Source: Octopus sinensis
Taxonomy: Eukaryota
Length of the DNA: 57,485 nt
Assembly (NCBI RefSeq): GCF_006345805.1
Contig: NW_021833006.1
Coordinates: 1 to 57,485, forward strand
Direction: 5' to 3'
A program made the translations under genes and the position numbers. The notes below the pieces were generated by a model that worked only from the letters and a program-made list of their open reading frames with translations, ran no database searches and was not told where the DNA came from. This document shows, piece after piece, positions 14,421-24,860 of the stretch (positions are counted from its first letter, which is position 1; the number at the start of each line of letters is the position of its first letter).

Positions 14421-14672
14421 ATAAATAGATGAGTGTATTTTTATTCATATATATATATATATATATAACACTTCATGAACAACTTAGTACAATTTTACTG
14501 ACATATATATATATATCGATGGGTGAATGAATTATCCTATATTTACCGTCAACATGGAAAATTCGATGAACCGATACCAGGGTAGCAAATTCACGTCAGA
14601 AACACCGTTGAAGCGACCTATCCAAAGGTAGAAACTCCGGGTTCATGTGCAGAAATTTGTGTGTTATATATG

Positions 14673-14753
14673 AATAAATAAATAAATGGAGTTGAACGAG
14701 GATGTTAATAAAATTTATTAACATCTTCGTTGAACTCCATTTATTTATTTATT
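14673..14753. repeat. ~81-bp palindrome
   Basis: 40-bp arms (AATAAATAAATAAATGGAGTTGAACGAGGATGTTAATAAA) around a 1-nt centre at 14713; two mismatches. Confidence 0.9.
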
Positions 14754-14789
14754 TATTTATTATATGTGTGTGTGTGTGTGTGTGTGTGT

Positions 14790-15095
14790 GGAGGAACATG
14801 GCCTAGTGGTTAGAGCAGCGGACTCGCGGTCGAGGGATCGCGGGTGCGAATCTCAGACCGGGCGATGTGTGTGTTTATGAGCGAAACAGCTAAGCTCCAC
14901 GCTGCTCCGGCGGAAGGTAATGGCGAAGTTCTGCTGACTCTTTCGTCACATCTTTCCCTCGCTCTTTCCTCCTGCATCTAACAGTTCACTTGCGGCGGAC
15001 AGGCGTCCCATCCAAGTGGGGGACCTATGCGGCAATGAGATCGGGAAACCGGCCCTTACGAGCCAGATATGGCTCGAGAAGGAACAAACGACAAC
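14790..15095 (+). mobile_element. SINE-C variant with an alternative 3' half
   Basis: A-box TGGCCTAGTGGTTAG and B-box GGTGCGAATC. The first ~170 nt align to 16864-17040, then the sequence diverges; ends GGAACAAACGACAAC. Confidence 0.85.
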
Positions 15096-15138
15096 ATATA
15101 TACGACGTCGTGCTTGAGTGAATTTAAATTGTACGATG

Positions 15139-15352
15139 TACGTGGACTGATCAATAAGTATCCGGACTGTTACCATAGTAACGGCGCTAAAGCACGCAGT
15201 GAAGCCGCTTGTCACAAACTGACTTTGAACGCTGCTGTGTATGCGCACTAAGTTTTAACGTTCTAGCTCCTTTCTGTTGGTTACTGCAGTGCTTGGAAGG
15301 AACGTGTATAGCGTGAGATCATCGCATTGAGCAAAGAATCTGCACCAAATTT
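15139..15352 (+). mobile_element. 5' end of a mariner-like element (TIR plus first codons)
   Basis: TA-CGTGGACTGATCAATAAGTATCCGGAC resembles a mariner TIR (recalled). Downstream CGC ATT GAG CAA AGA ATC TGC ACC AAA TTT reads RIEQRICTKF, similar to the irritans-type EQR.CIKF N-terminus. Confidence 0.6.
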
Positions 15353-15547
15353 TTATTTTATTTTATTTATTCTTTTTTTTTGTTTCCGTATAAAGGAGTA
15401 GTTACCTCAATCCTATAAAATATTACCAAAAATGAAGTAGATTGACAAGTTCATTTTTTGAACCAGTAGATGGCACGCTAGATGCCGAAATATCGTACAC
15501 TTGATTGCAATGGCACTCTTTTTGTTCTGCTTTAATAATAATAATAA

Positions 15548-15796
15548 TGTAACGTATATTTGCCATGTAAATATGGCTAACCCCTAAGGGTGGATGCTAC
15601 TGTAGTTTGTAGCCCCAGGAGGACACCTCCTCCAGCTGGCTATTGAAACATTATCTGTGCCCTATCAGTGTTTGCAAAGGGAAGCCATCTTCCCCGTCTT
15701 CAACTTATGATACACACGGACTCGAGTTTCTGTGTATTGACCCGTCATCGGCGTGTGACAATCACAGTTGTCGATGAGAAGTAGGTTCCCTTCACA
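15548..15796 (-). mobile_element. Hammerhead-bearing repeat (probably a PLE pseudo-LTR derivative), homologous to 51740-51960
   Basis: Colinear similarity to 51760-51925 (TAGCCCYAGGA..., TGGCT.TTGA.ACATT, GAC.CG.GTTTC...TCRTCGGC); contains a hammerhead motif. Confidence 0.65.
15713..15757 (-). ncRNA. Minimal type I hammerhead ribozyme-like motif (U4C core, decayed stem II)
   Basis: Minus strand: CACACG-CCGAUGA-CGGGUCAAUACACA-GAAAC-UCGA-GUC-CGUGUG. Stem I is a perfect 6 bp; stem III is the palindrome ACUCGAGU; cleavage triplet GUC. Confidence 0.7.
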
Positions 15797-15799
15797 AAT

Positions 15800-16050
15800 A
15801 CTTAAACCTTTTTCCAGTATCGATAGACACTGATATCGAAAAAGTGTAAACAAGCAATAATAATATTATTAAAAAATACCATAAGAATGAGAACCCAGGT
15901 ACGAAATTTTCCCCAAGACACCTGATGAAGGTTGGAGAGTATATCAGTCGAAACGTTGTGTTAACAACAAACAAGATGAGGACAAATACCCGTCAGATGT
16001 AAGTAATGTAAATACTGTACGTAATTCCTCATCTCTTAAATATAGAACTG
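15800..16050 (+). mobile_element. PLE-type hammerhead-bearing repeat fragment
   Basis: Surrounds the hammerhead at 15917. The boundaries are inferred. Confidence 0.5.
15917..15962 (+). ncRNA. Minimal type I hammerhead ribozyme (canonical core)
   Basis: GACAC-CUGAUGA-A-GGUUGG(AGAGUAUA)UCAGUC-GAAAC-GUU-GUGUU. Stem I is GACAC/GUGUU; stem II is 6 bp with three G-U pairs; stem III is the palindrome AACGUU. Confidence 0.78.
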
Positions 16051-16863
16051 AAAGCGGTGTATTTCAACACCAAAATATGATAACGAAAGCTTTAAGAGAA
16101 TGATCGAGATATATTATTCTTCTGTGTCCCCGGTTGAATGAATAATATATAAACATCAACCATTCTCTTGCGTAGAACAAATGATGTGATATTGCTTGTT
16201 ATCGTAATTGTTTTGTGGTGAAATATTTTAGTGCTAGGTGAATTCGTCCTTCTAGCTTCGTTCTATTTTAGTCAACAGAAGGTTCTTTTCTATTTCGCCA
16301 TTTTATAGCAATTTTATTGCAATTAAATTATTCATTATTGAATTTATAACTCAAGTAAATGTGCTTTATGGCCTCGGTTCCTTCTATAACAACGACTAAA
16401 AATATTATTTGCTTTTCGCAGTGTTGGTGATTTTGGTTTCCTTCGGTTCTTCAACAGCGCTGTTGTTGATATTGTCGTGTCGTGTCGGCCATGTTGTTTT
16501 TAAAAGAAATCTCTGTTTAGCGAAATCAAGTTTAGTTTCAATATCACTCGGAGCTTGAATAAAACAAACATAAAGGAATCTCTCTTCAATAAATGTAACG
16601 AGTAGAATAACAAGGCAGTGAACAAGACTGAGTTTTAGAATTAATAGTGGGGGAACTGGCACCCAATGCGAATCTCAGGAAGTAGTGTCACACGCCAAAA
16701 CGACATTGCTCACGCCATCTCTGTAAGCAGGTATGTATGTGTGCGCTTGTATGTATATCTATATGTATGTGCGTTTGTGTGTGTGCATCTGTGTGACTAG
16801 GAGTCTGTATAGGATTGTGTTTATATGTGCCTCTGTATATATCTATCGCCATATTTATCCATC

Positions 16864-17256
16864 GTGGAGGCGCAATGGCCCAGTGGTTAGGGCAGCGGAC
16901 TCGCGGTCATAGGATCGCGGTTTCGATTCCCAGACCGGGCGTTGTGAGTGTTTATTGAGCGAAAACACCTAAAGCTCCACGAGGCTCCGGCAGGGGGTGG
17001 TGGTGATCCCTGCTGTACTCTTTCACCACAACTTTCTCTCACTCTTACTTTCTGTTTCTGTTGTACCTGTATTTCAAAGGGCCGGCCTTGTCACTCTCTG
17101 TGTCACGCTGAATATCCCCGAGAACTACGTTAAGGGTACACGTGTCTGTGGAGTGCTCAGCCACTTACACGTTAATTTCACGAGCAGGCTGTTCCGTTGA
17201 TTCGGATCAACCGGAACCCTCGTCGTCGTAACCGACGGAGTGCTTCCATAATAATT
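16864..17256 (+). mobile_element. SINE-C, full-length copy with a perfect 15-bp TSD
   Basis: A-box TGGCCCAGTGGTTAG, B-box GGTTTCGATTCCC; TSD CCATATTTATCCATC at 16849-16863 and 17257-17271; second copy at 28425-28800. Confidence 0.95.
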
Positions 17257-17264
17257 CCATATTT

Positions 17265-17365
17265 ATCCATCTGTCTATCGCCATCTTTATCCATTTGTCT
17301 ATCGCCATCTTTATTCATGTGTCTATCTCCATCTTAATCCATCTATCGCCATCTTTATCTATCTC
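17265..17365. repeat. Short ~24-bp minisatellite (CTATCGCCATCTTTATCCAT...)
   Basis: About 4-5 degenerate copies; a further copy lies left of the SINE-C insertion. Confidence 0.75.
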
Positions 17366-17560
17366 AGTCAATCAATGATATGGTTATAAATCCTATATAC
17401 GTGTTTTTCTAAGTGTGTTTTGTGTGTCTACATATCAGTTTGTGTATTTATATTTTATGAAAGTGTTCCTGTGTGTTTATGTGTCTATGTATATATATGT
17501 GGATGGACGTATGCGTATGTGTGCATATATTCGTAAATGCGCATATGCAATGTTTATATT

Positions 17561-17790
17561 CGTGTATAATATTTTATTTTGAATTTGTCGAATCCGATAA
17601 ACAAGAACAAACACTGGTTGCTTTGAGATAAAATAGAATTATCGATGATATTGTATCCATAATACAATATCATCGATACAGTGTTATTGATCTGGTTAAA
17701 ATGGTTGTTTACTTTGAAGTCTAAAAATAAACTAGAATAATTGTCACGTGAGCTGCGTTATCATTTAAATCTATTGCTGAAATATCTGCC
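17561..17790 (+). repeat. Repeat copy forming an inverted pair with 20170-20400; contains a 17-bp-stem hairpin (17640-17678)
   Basis: The reverse complement aligns colinearly with 20200-20400, e.g. GACTTCAAAGTAAACAACC and ATCGATAATTCTATTTT. Confidence 0.8.
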
Positions 17791-18158
17791 ATCCGAGTTG
17801 TCTCCGTTTCCCTCACACCCTGTCTGTGTATTTTTCTGTTGATGTGTATATGTATTTATATATGTATTTATTCATTATATATATATATATTCTCTTGTCC
17901 TGTTTTGCTGCGTGTTTTTTTCTTTTGTTTTTTTGTAGTTATTGCATAGATGGGTCATATTTGGTTTGGATTTGAAAGGAATTCTATTCATATGCATGAG
18001 TGTATCGCAAAATATCTGCCATCCATATTCGTGCGTGCGTATGGATGTTTATATATTCTATATATTTATTGTGTATACATATTTTGCATGTGTGTGTGTG
18101 TGTGTGTGCCTGCGTGCTTTTATATACACACACATACACACACACTTCATTAAAGCAG

Positions 18159-18378
18159 AGAACTGACAGGAGCATTAGCACGCTGAACAAGTTGTTTCGC
18201 GGCATCTTCCCAGGTTTTACGTTCTGCGTTCAAATTCCGCCGTAGTCGGCCTTGGCTTTCATCCTTTTCGAAGGTTAGCAAAATACCTACCAATCGAGCA
18301 TTGGGATCGATGTAATCGACTACTCCCTTCCTCAAAAATTTCAGGTTTTATGCCTTTAGTAGGAAGGACTATTGTTAT
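18159..18378 (+). mobile_element. SINE-A, diverged monomer
   Basis: GTTCAAATTCCGCC B-box, CTTTCATCCTTT core, GATGTAATCGACT, ATT-type tail. Confidence 0.85.
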
Positions 18379-18809
18379 TGTCATTAGATGCGTGTACAAT
18401 CATGTAACACGTTCGAGTAAACTTGGACGTGGAAAGACCCATCATTGCGGAAATATTCTATGGAAATTGACCCATAGAAGAATATGCGTGGAAACACATA
18501 GTTAGGCTATAAATGATACTTGGGGATTTCAGAACAAAAATTATTTTTCCTGTATATTTTATCATTCATTTATTACCGATTCATTTAACACGGCGTTTCT
18601 TTTGAAACCAAACACCCCTGATAATTTAATTTGCATCCTTATTCATTTTGTACATCAGGTATTTTTGTGACTTCCTGTTCCTGAACTACAAAACCATATC
18701 TTACAAGCAGAGAGCTAATATCTTGGTTGTTAGTTCAAAATAAAACTGCTTTGGTTATCTGTGTAGCTGTCTCTTGCGCCAATGACTCAAGTGTTATATA
18801 CACATTTTC

Positions 18810-20110
18810 GTCATAAACGAGAAGCTGTGTTCCTGTGACGTGTGCAACAGCGATTTGCATATTTGTATTCGAATCTTCAAGACATATAAAGAAAAAATAT
18901 GCAAATCATCGTATCAGATCTCACTGTTCACAACGCAAAAAATAATTATCGGTTGGAACATGTCAGCACTGAACAGCAAACAGTTTTTTCACTGAATTTA
19001 TAACAAAGCCACTAGCTCTTGTTTAAACTCAGTGGTCCGTGGAGAAGGTGCTCCTGTCTGACGAGACACATGTCGAAACCCCGATGTCCCAGAATCCCTT
19101 TCACCACTGAGTCGAGTGTGTTGTAAAGACAGCCATAGTAAAAAGTTGTTCTGCTGTGACGTACACAACAGCGATTAGCATGTTCGCGTTCGAATTTACC
19201 GAAACGTAATATGAATAAATATGCAAGTCATCGTTTCAGTGCAAACAGCGGTTTATTATCGGTTGACAGATTTAGAACTGATCAGCAAACAGCTTGTTCG
19301 CTAAAATTATAAACAAAGCCACAGGCAGTTGTTTAAACTCAATGGCCCGTGGGAATGGTGAGGATGATTCCTGACTGACGAGACACAAGCATGTCGAAAC
19401 ACCGATGTCGCAGACTGAGTCGAGTGTGTTGAGAACACAGTCATCGTAGAAAGTTGGGATCTTCTCGGTTTGAACGGCAGTTTTTTTCTAGCGGTGTCAT
19501 ATGAAATTGTCACCCATAATTATGACCCTAGAATCGATCTATTGCATTTCAATCTCTTTTAGGATTAGGGTTAGTTAGGCTTAGGGGTGGGGATGGGTAT
19601 CTTTTTTTCTTCACAAATGTAAATAAACCCAATCTGTTTCTTAAACAAGGGACATATTCATACGGCACAGAATGCTTTTTAACTCAATAGACGTCACTGA
19701 TTGGTTGAAATTGCAGAAATTGAAGAAAAATAACAACAAATATCTTACAAACTATAGAATTTTCTCAATAAAGCCAAGAGAAAAAGATGTTTTATAAACA
19801 CATTCTACCTGTATACGAAGTTCAAAATTTTTTAGTTACCTAGAAATTATGTTAAAAACTGCTGTTCAAACCGAAAAGATCCAAAACTTGTCTTATTGTG
19901 ACGTTAACAACAGTGAATAGAATGTTTGCGTTCGAATTTGCCGGAACTTAAGTATACTTCAAATTAAACACCGCTCGGCTTATTATAGTCGTAAAAAGTT
20001 GTTTTCCTTTGACGTACAAAACAACGATTAGCATATCTGAGTTCGAATCCGCCAGAGCGTATTAAAAATAAATAGGCAGTTCATCGTGTTATTTTGAAGT
20101 TTTCTAACAC
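18810..20110. repeat. Degenerate tandem array with an ~315-bp unit (two full and two partial copies)
   Basis: Anchors recur: TTCGAAT at 18868, 19189, 19931 and 20042; GTTTAAACTC at 19021 and 19331; GACGAGACACA at ~19060 and ~19378. Confidence 0.82.
19456..19882. mobile_element. 427-bp MITE, copy 2, both TIRs intact
   Basis: GGGATCTTCTCGGTTTGAACGGCAGTTTTT ... AAAAACTGCTGTTCAAACCGAAAAGATCC; it interrupts the 315-bp array. Confidence 0.92.
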
Positions 20111-20169
20111 CATTGGCTTGAATGACATTCCATACATAAGTATACAAACATTCATCTGATGTTCTGGTT

Positions 20170-20400
20170 CTTGTGGAGCAGTGAATCTGTCTTAGCGTTT
20201 GTAGGTCACATGACAAGTGTTCCAGCTATTTTTGGACTTCAAAGTAAACAACCGTTTTAACTAAATCAATAATGTCATATCGATGATACTGTATCCATAA
20301 TACTGCGCCAATAATATATCGATAATTCTATTTTCTTTCAAACACCCATGTTTATTTTGGTTTATTGAATTTAACAAATTGACAACAAACCATTACACAC
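20170..20400 (-). repeat. Inverted partner of 17561-17790
   Basis: Same alignment as given for 17561-17790. Confidence 0.8.
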
Positions 20401-20869
20401 ACACATACACACACACATCTACATATCTAAATACACACACATATAAAATTCATTCAATCCACTTATCTAGATATACACACAAACACATATACATCACAAA
20501 TAAATAGACACATTCATGCTACATACATGTAAATGTACACACACACACATACACACATACACACACACACACACATACACACATACACACACACACATAT
20601 CTATATATATATATATATATTTATACACATCACACATATATACAGACACATTCATACTATATGCATGTAAATATACACATACACACATTCATGCTACATA
20701 CATGTAAATGCACGCACACATACAGACACATACATATACGCACAAACATGTACAAATCCGCGTCCATGCATACATATGCATATCTCGAAGCACTTACGTA
20801 TATCTATGCACATTCATGCATATATACACATTGTATACACGTTCATACATACACTTATATGGTGGCTGC

Positions 20870-21410
20870 CCCCTCGTTATCGAGTATGGCCATTGCACGA
20901 AGCTTAATCAATGTTGTTATCGTGCAATGCCTGTGAAAGATGATTTTTTTAAAGTGAGGAAAGGCTGTGCTCTGAGTCAATCCCACTCACTAAGCAACAG
21001 CAGCCATAATCCGAAAAGAAGAGCAAGTCAACATCATCGGTAACCACTGAGCCGCAGGTTTTATGTCGGAGTTATCCCAGTTACCTGAGTTACCTTCTCC
21101 TAGAAGAATGCCCTAACAAAGGCTGGGAGTCCTTCACTCCCAATGATTTAACCGCGCGAACGGGTATTCAGTCCGATTATTTCTATGTCCCCGCGCATGA
21201 TACATCCTTAAGACATTTATTGGATGGCCGTTGACTCTCAAGAGTTCCACCGCCCTTTGACGGGTTTTGTTTTTCATCCCGCAGGGTGTCCAATAAACAC
21301 CCTTCTCACCAAGCAAGCTTGGTGGGGTTGCCGGTTTAGTCGCCGACGACCCGACCATGCAACAGTTTGCACTGGGTTACATGTTACCAGTAGCACTCGA
21401 AAGTGACCTG
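20870..21410 (-). mobile_element. Possible 5' UTR relic of an RTE-clade LINE
   Basis: GC-richer island. The minus strand has TTCTAGGAGAAGGTAACTC...AAAACC, resembling (from memory) RTE 5' UTRs. Perfect hairpins at 20891-20929 and 21307-21324. No ORF seen. Confidence 0.4.
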
Positions 21411-21750
21411 ACATAAATACACTTATATACATATAAATACACTTATATACATATACACATTCATGCATATATTCACATACATCCACACATTCATATTTAC
21501 ATTTATACACATGCATATACACATATACATAACCAACGTAAAAAAAACTTTATATATGGCATAAACATTTGCATATCTAATATGAGACTTAAATACGCTT
21601 CGCACACCGTCTCGCCACTAAAACCACTACTATCGACCTTGATCGAATTCTTGTCCTAGAATTATTCATTGAAGAATCCGTTTGTCCTAACGATATTCTA
21701 CACAATCTTTAATTCCCAAGGTAGATATTTGTTTTTTAACAACATGACCA

Positions 21751-21830
21751 GTCAGGAGTGGCTGTGTTGTAAGTAGCTTGCTTACCAACTACATGGTTCC
21801 GGGTTCAGTCCCACTACGGGGCACCTTGCT
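21751..21830 (+). mobile_element. SINE-B head only
   Basis: GGAGTGGCTGTGTTGTAAGTAGCTTGCTTACCAACTACATGGTTCCGGGTTCAGTCCCAC. Confidence 0.88.
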
Positions 21831-21959
21831 TGTGATCTACACCTTTTGCACAAATTTGGCAACGAGAGATTCCTCTTACAACAGATATTCACAGAAAGGA
21901 CACCCCAACGCTGACACATGCCTTTATTCTTTTATGGAACTTTTCATTGAATTGAGTAT

Positions 21960-22700
21960 TGAGTAATGGATCGGTTTATTCGACTAACCCTCTTCCTTAT
22001 TTCATTTTGTGGAATACTGAGGTTGTTTCACATATTTTTCATATAATCTTTTATGTTTTCAGTTAGAGAAAAATAAGTTCATACTTAAATTTATGGTAAT
22101 CTCTTAAAATATGTTCAAATCTGTGTCGCGTCACTAATTTATTTTCAATAATTTTAAATTTACATCATGGTATTTCACAAGGTACAAGTCTAAAATTAAA
22201 AAAAGAACCATCGTCTCTGTATATACCTCATCGCAAGGTAAACAATATTTTAATTAAAAACTCCAAAATAAACCTGATAACAATTTTGTATAATTAAGTC
22301 CCATTGTGTGGTCCCATTAAAATATCAAATAATTATTCTGCTTCATTTGAACCCAGATTGAGTTATCAATAACAAAGGATTGCCTTGTAAACATAATCTT
22401 AATGTCAAATTACTCGCTTATTAATACGATAATGTTGGCGAAATTATTTTTGATGAGAAAAGGTTTAGTTGTGGAAAGACAGAATTTCATAATACCAAGT
22501 AAAGTAAATTTGAAGTATTTTTTGTCCTTAATGCCACTAAACGATTCTATAACAGACGTACTATTGTTCCGTAATGTCTGCGAAATTCTAATGGAGTCTA
22601 GAAAATCGTCACTGGCTCTACTTCACTCCACTTTGTTGAGTAGATTAACCTTAAAACTAGGGTGGGATACTGTAGATCTGGCAGCTAAAGCAATAATAGC
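21960..22700 (-). pseudogene. Decayed Penelope-like element reverse transcriptase
   Basis: Manual minus-strand translation with stops and frameshifts gives, in order: RLIYSTKWSEV, RNNSTSVIESFSGIKDKKYFKFTLLGIMKFCLS (motif A, normally DI.EFYPS), FDILMGPHNG (motif B, normally FDVTMGSYDG), GIYRDDG (22207-22227). Confidence 0.85.
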
Positions 22701-22908
22701 CACGTAGTATTAGTAGTAGTGGTGATGGTTGTAGTAGTAATAGTAGTAGTGGTTGTAGTATAAACAAATATGATAGGTTACCCATTAATATTTCACTATA
22801 TAATAAAATCGATAATCTATTACATCTAATTACGTTTAAAAAATAACATTTATTGATTTCTGGTTGTTTGTTTCACTATGAAATAGAGGCAGATAGATAT
22901 ATATATAT

Positions 22909-22952
<44 letters not shown>

Positions 22953-23513
22953 GATAGATACATAGATAGAAAGATAGATAGAAACAGCGATAGATGTGTT
23001 GAATAATGGATGGGGGGAAAGATAGACAGGTTTAACTCTAATATAATACCAAACGGGAAAGAAATTGTTCATATAAAAAAAAAAATAATAATAATAATAA
23101 GCAACGGCAACACTGATAACAAAAATGGTAAAAATAAAGTTTTAAAAAATGAGTGTCTTTGAAAATAACATTGATGCAATCATAAAATAGATCGATAGCT
23201 TTCGAATAAATTGTGATCGGTAAAGTAGAAATCAATGAATTTTGTAGCATCTAAAATTGTAGCAATTTATTAAATCATTGCTCCATCCTCGAGAGAGAGA
23301 GATTACGATAAACGTGGCGTCTTGGAACCGCAACGTTACACGGCATTGAGTAAGGTGTGTATATGTATGTATACACACATATAAATATATATACATATGT
23401 GAATATATATACACACACACACACACATATATATACACGTATGTTTGTGTGTGTGTATATATATATATATATATCTCAGTGGGTTGTTTGTGTGTGTGTA
23501 TGTGTATATAAAT

Positions 23514-23730
23514 ATCATGAATAGATATTAGGTTATTATGCGTGTGTGTATGTATATATGTGTATATAAATATATATACATCATGAATAGGTTGTGTGTG
23601 TATATATGTGTGTATGTATGTATATATGTGTATATAAATATACATCATGACTAGGTTGTGTGTGTATATATATATGTATATAAATATATATATATATATA
23701 TATCATGAATAGGTTGTGTGTGTGTGTGTA
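23514..23730. repeat. Minisatellite, four copies of ATCATGAATAGGTTGTGTGTG-(TA/TG)n
   Basis: Direct reading; variable-length spacer. Confidence 0.85.
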
Positions 23731-24470
23731 GGATCATCCCATAAATAATGCAGTTTTTTCAATTGCATAAACTAAAGTATCAACTTGCTATAAAAGCAGG
23801 TAGTAATTTTACCTTGTATTTATTCCTAGTGAAAGTTTTGAAGAGTGCACTTCGATTTAAGTAGTTATTTTTTTCAAAACTATAAGGGAAGTGACAAAGG
23901 AACATATTTTGCTTTATAAGTTCAATATACAGCATATTTTGTTTTATGAGTTCAGTAAAACAACAACGCAACGGAATGTGCGAGGCACATTAATGCAGTA
24001 TATGGGGATCGGACAATAAGCGTAAGCCAGTGTCAACGACGGTTCCAGAAATTCCGAGCTGGAAACTACATCCTAGAAGACAAGCCCCGTCCTGGAAAAT
24101 CTGTAGAGCTCGACGAGGACGTCCAGCAAAAGTTGGTGGGACAAAATCTCATCGTAACTGTTGAGAAACTCGCAGAGAAGCTTGGATTTGGTCATTCAAC
24201 CATTCATCGACACATGCGTGCCATCGGGAAAGTCAGAAAATTGGGTCAATGGGTTCCTCACAAATGGGTTCTGAGTCTTTAGTGTCACGTCTCACGAATG
24301 AACCTTTTTTGGACCGAGAAATGGGTTCTCTATGAAAATGTCAAGCGCCGAAGACAGTGGGTAAGGAAACGAGAAACAGCGGTACCTTCGCCCACGTAAA
24401 GTGCTGTTATTTATTTGGAATATGAAAGGTTTAGTCCAATTTTAACTTTTAGACCCAAACCAAACGATAA
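23731..24470 (+). mobile_element. Mariner element: 5' TIR and N-terminal half of a decayed transposase
   Basis: TA-GGATCATCCCATAAATAATGC TIR-like start. 23962-24264 is open: NNATECARHINAVYG...EDKPRPGK...HSTIHRHMRAIGKVRKLGQWVPHK (WVPH motif), followed by EKWVLYENVKRRRQW. Truncated by a SINE-A. Confidence 0.93.
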
Positions 24471-24479
24471 GGAAGACTA

Positions 24480-24781
24480 CGAAAGGATGAAAGGCAAAAT
24501 CGACCTCGGCGGAATTTGAACTCAAAACGTAGCGGCAGACGAAATACCTATTTCTTTACTACCCACAAGGGGCTAAACACAGAGTGGACAAACAAGGACA
24601 GACAACCGGATTAAGTCGATTACATCGACTCCAGTGTGCAACTGGTACTTAATTTATCGACCCCGAAAGGATGAAAGGCAAAGTCGACCTCGGCGGAATT
24701 TGAACTCAGAACGTAACGGCAGACAAAATATGGCTAAGCATTTCGCCCGGTGTGCTAACAGCTCTGCCAGCTCGCAGCCTT
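24480..24781 (-). mobile_element. SINE-A multimer: head, one full unit and a partial second unit
   Basis: Junction at 24546, first-unit start at 24730 (184 nt apart). Confidence 0.92.
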
Positions 24782-24860
24782 ATGGCTGCTCTAATAATAT
24801 TAGGAAGAAAATGGATTTCTTGCATAAATAAAACGCCCTGAAATTTGGAAAGAGTAAATA

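Noticed and set aside
15548-15796. Solo LTR reading (TGT...ACA ends, AATAA/AATAC flanks)
   Set aside because: The TSD is imperfect within AT-rich sequence, the homologue at 51740-51960 does not show the same ends, and the hammerhead points to a PLE-type origin.
16423-16443. VGDFGF resembling a kinase DFG motif
   Set aside because: Followed by non-kinase sequence and a stop about 20 codons later; no other kinase motifs nearby.
22402-22707. 101-aa + strand ORF
   Set aside because: It is the antisense shadow of the decayed PLE RT on the minus strand.
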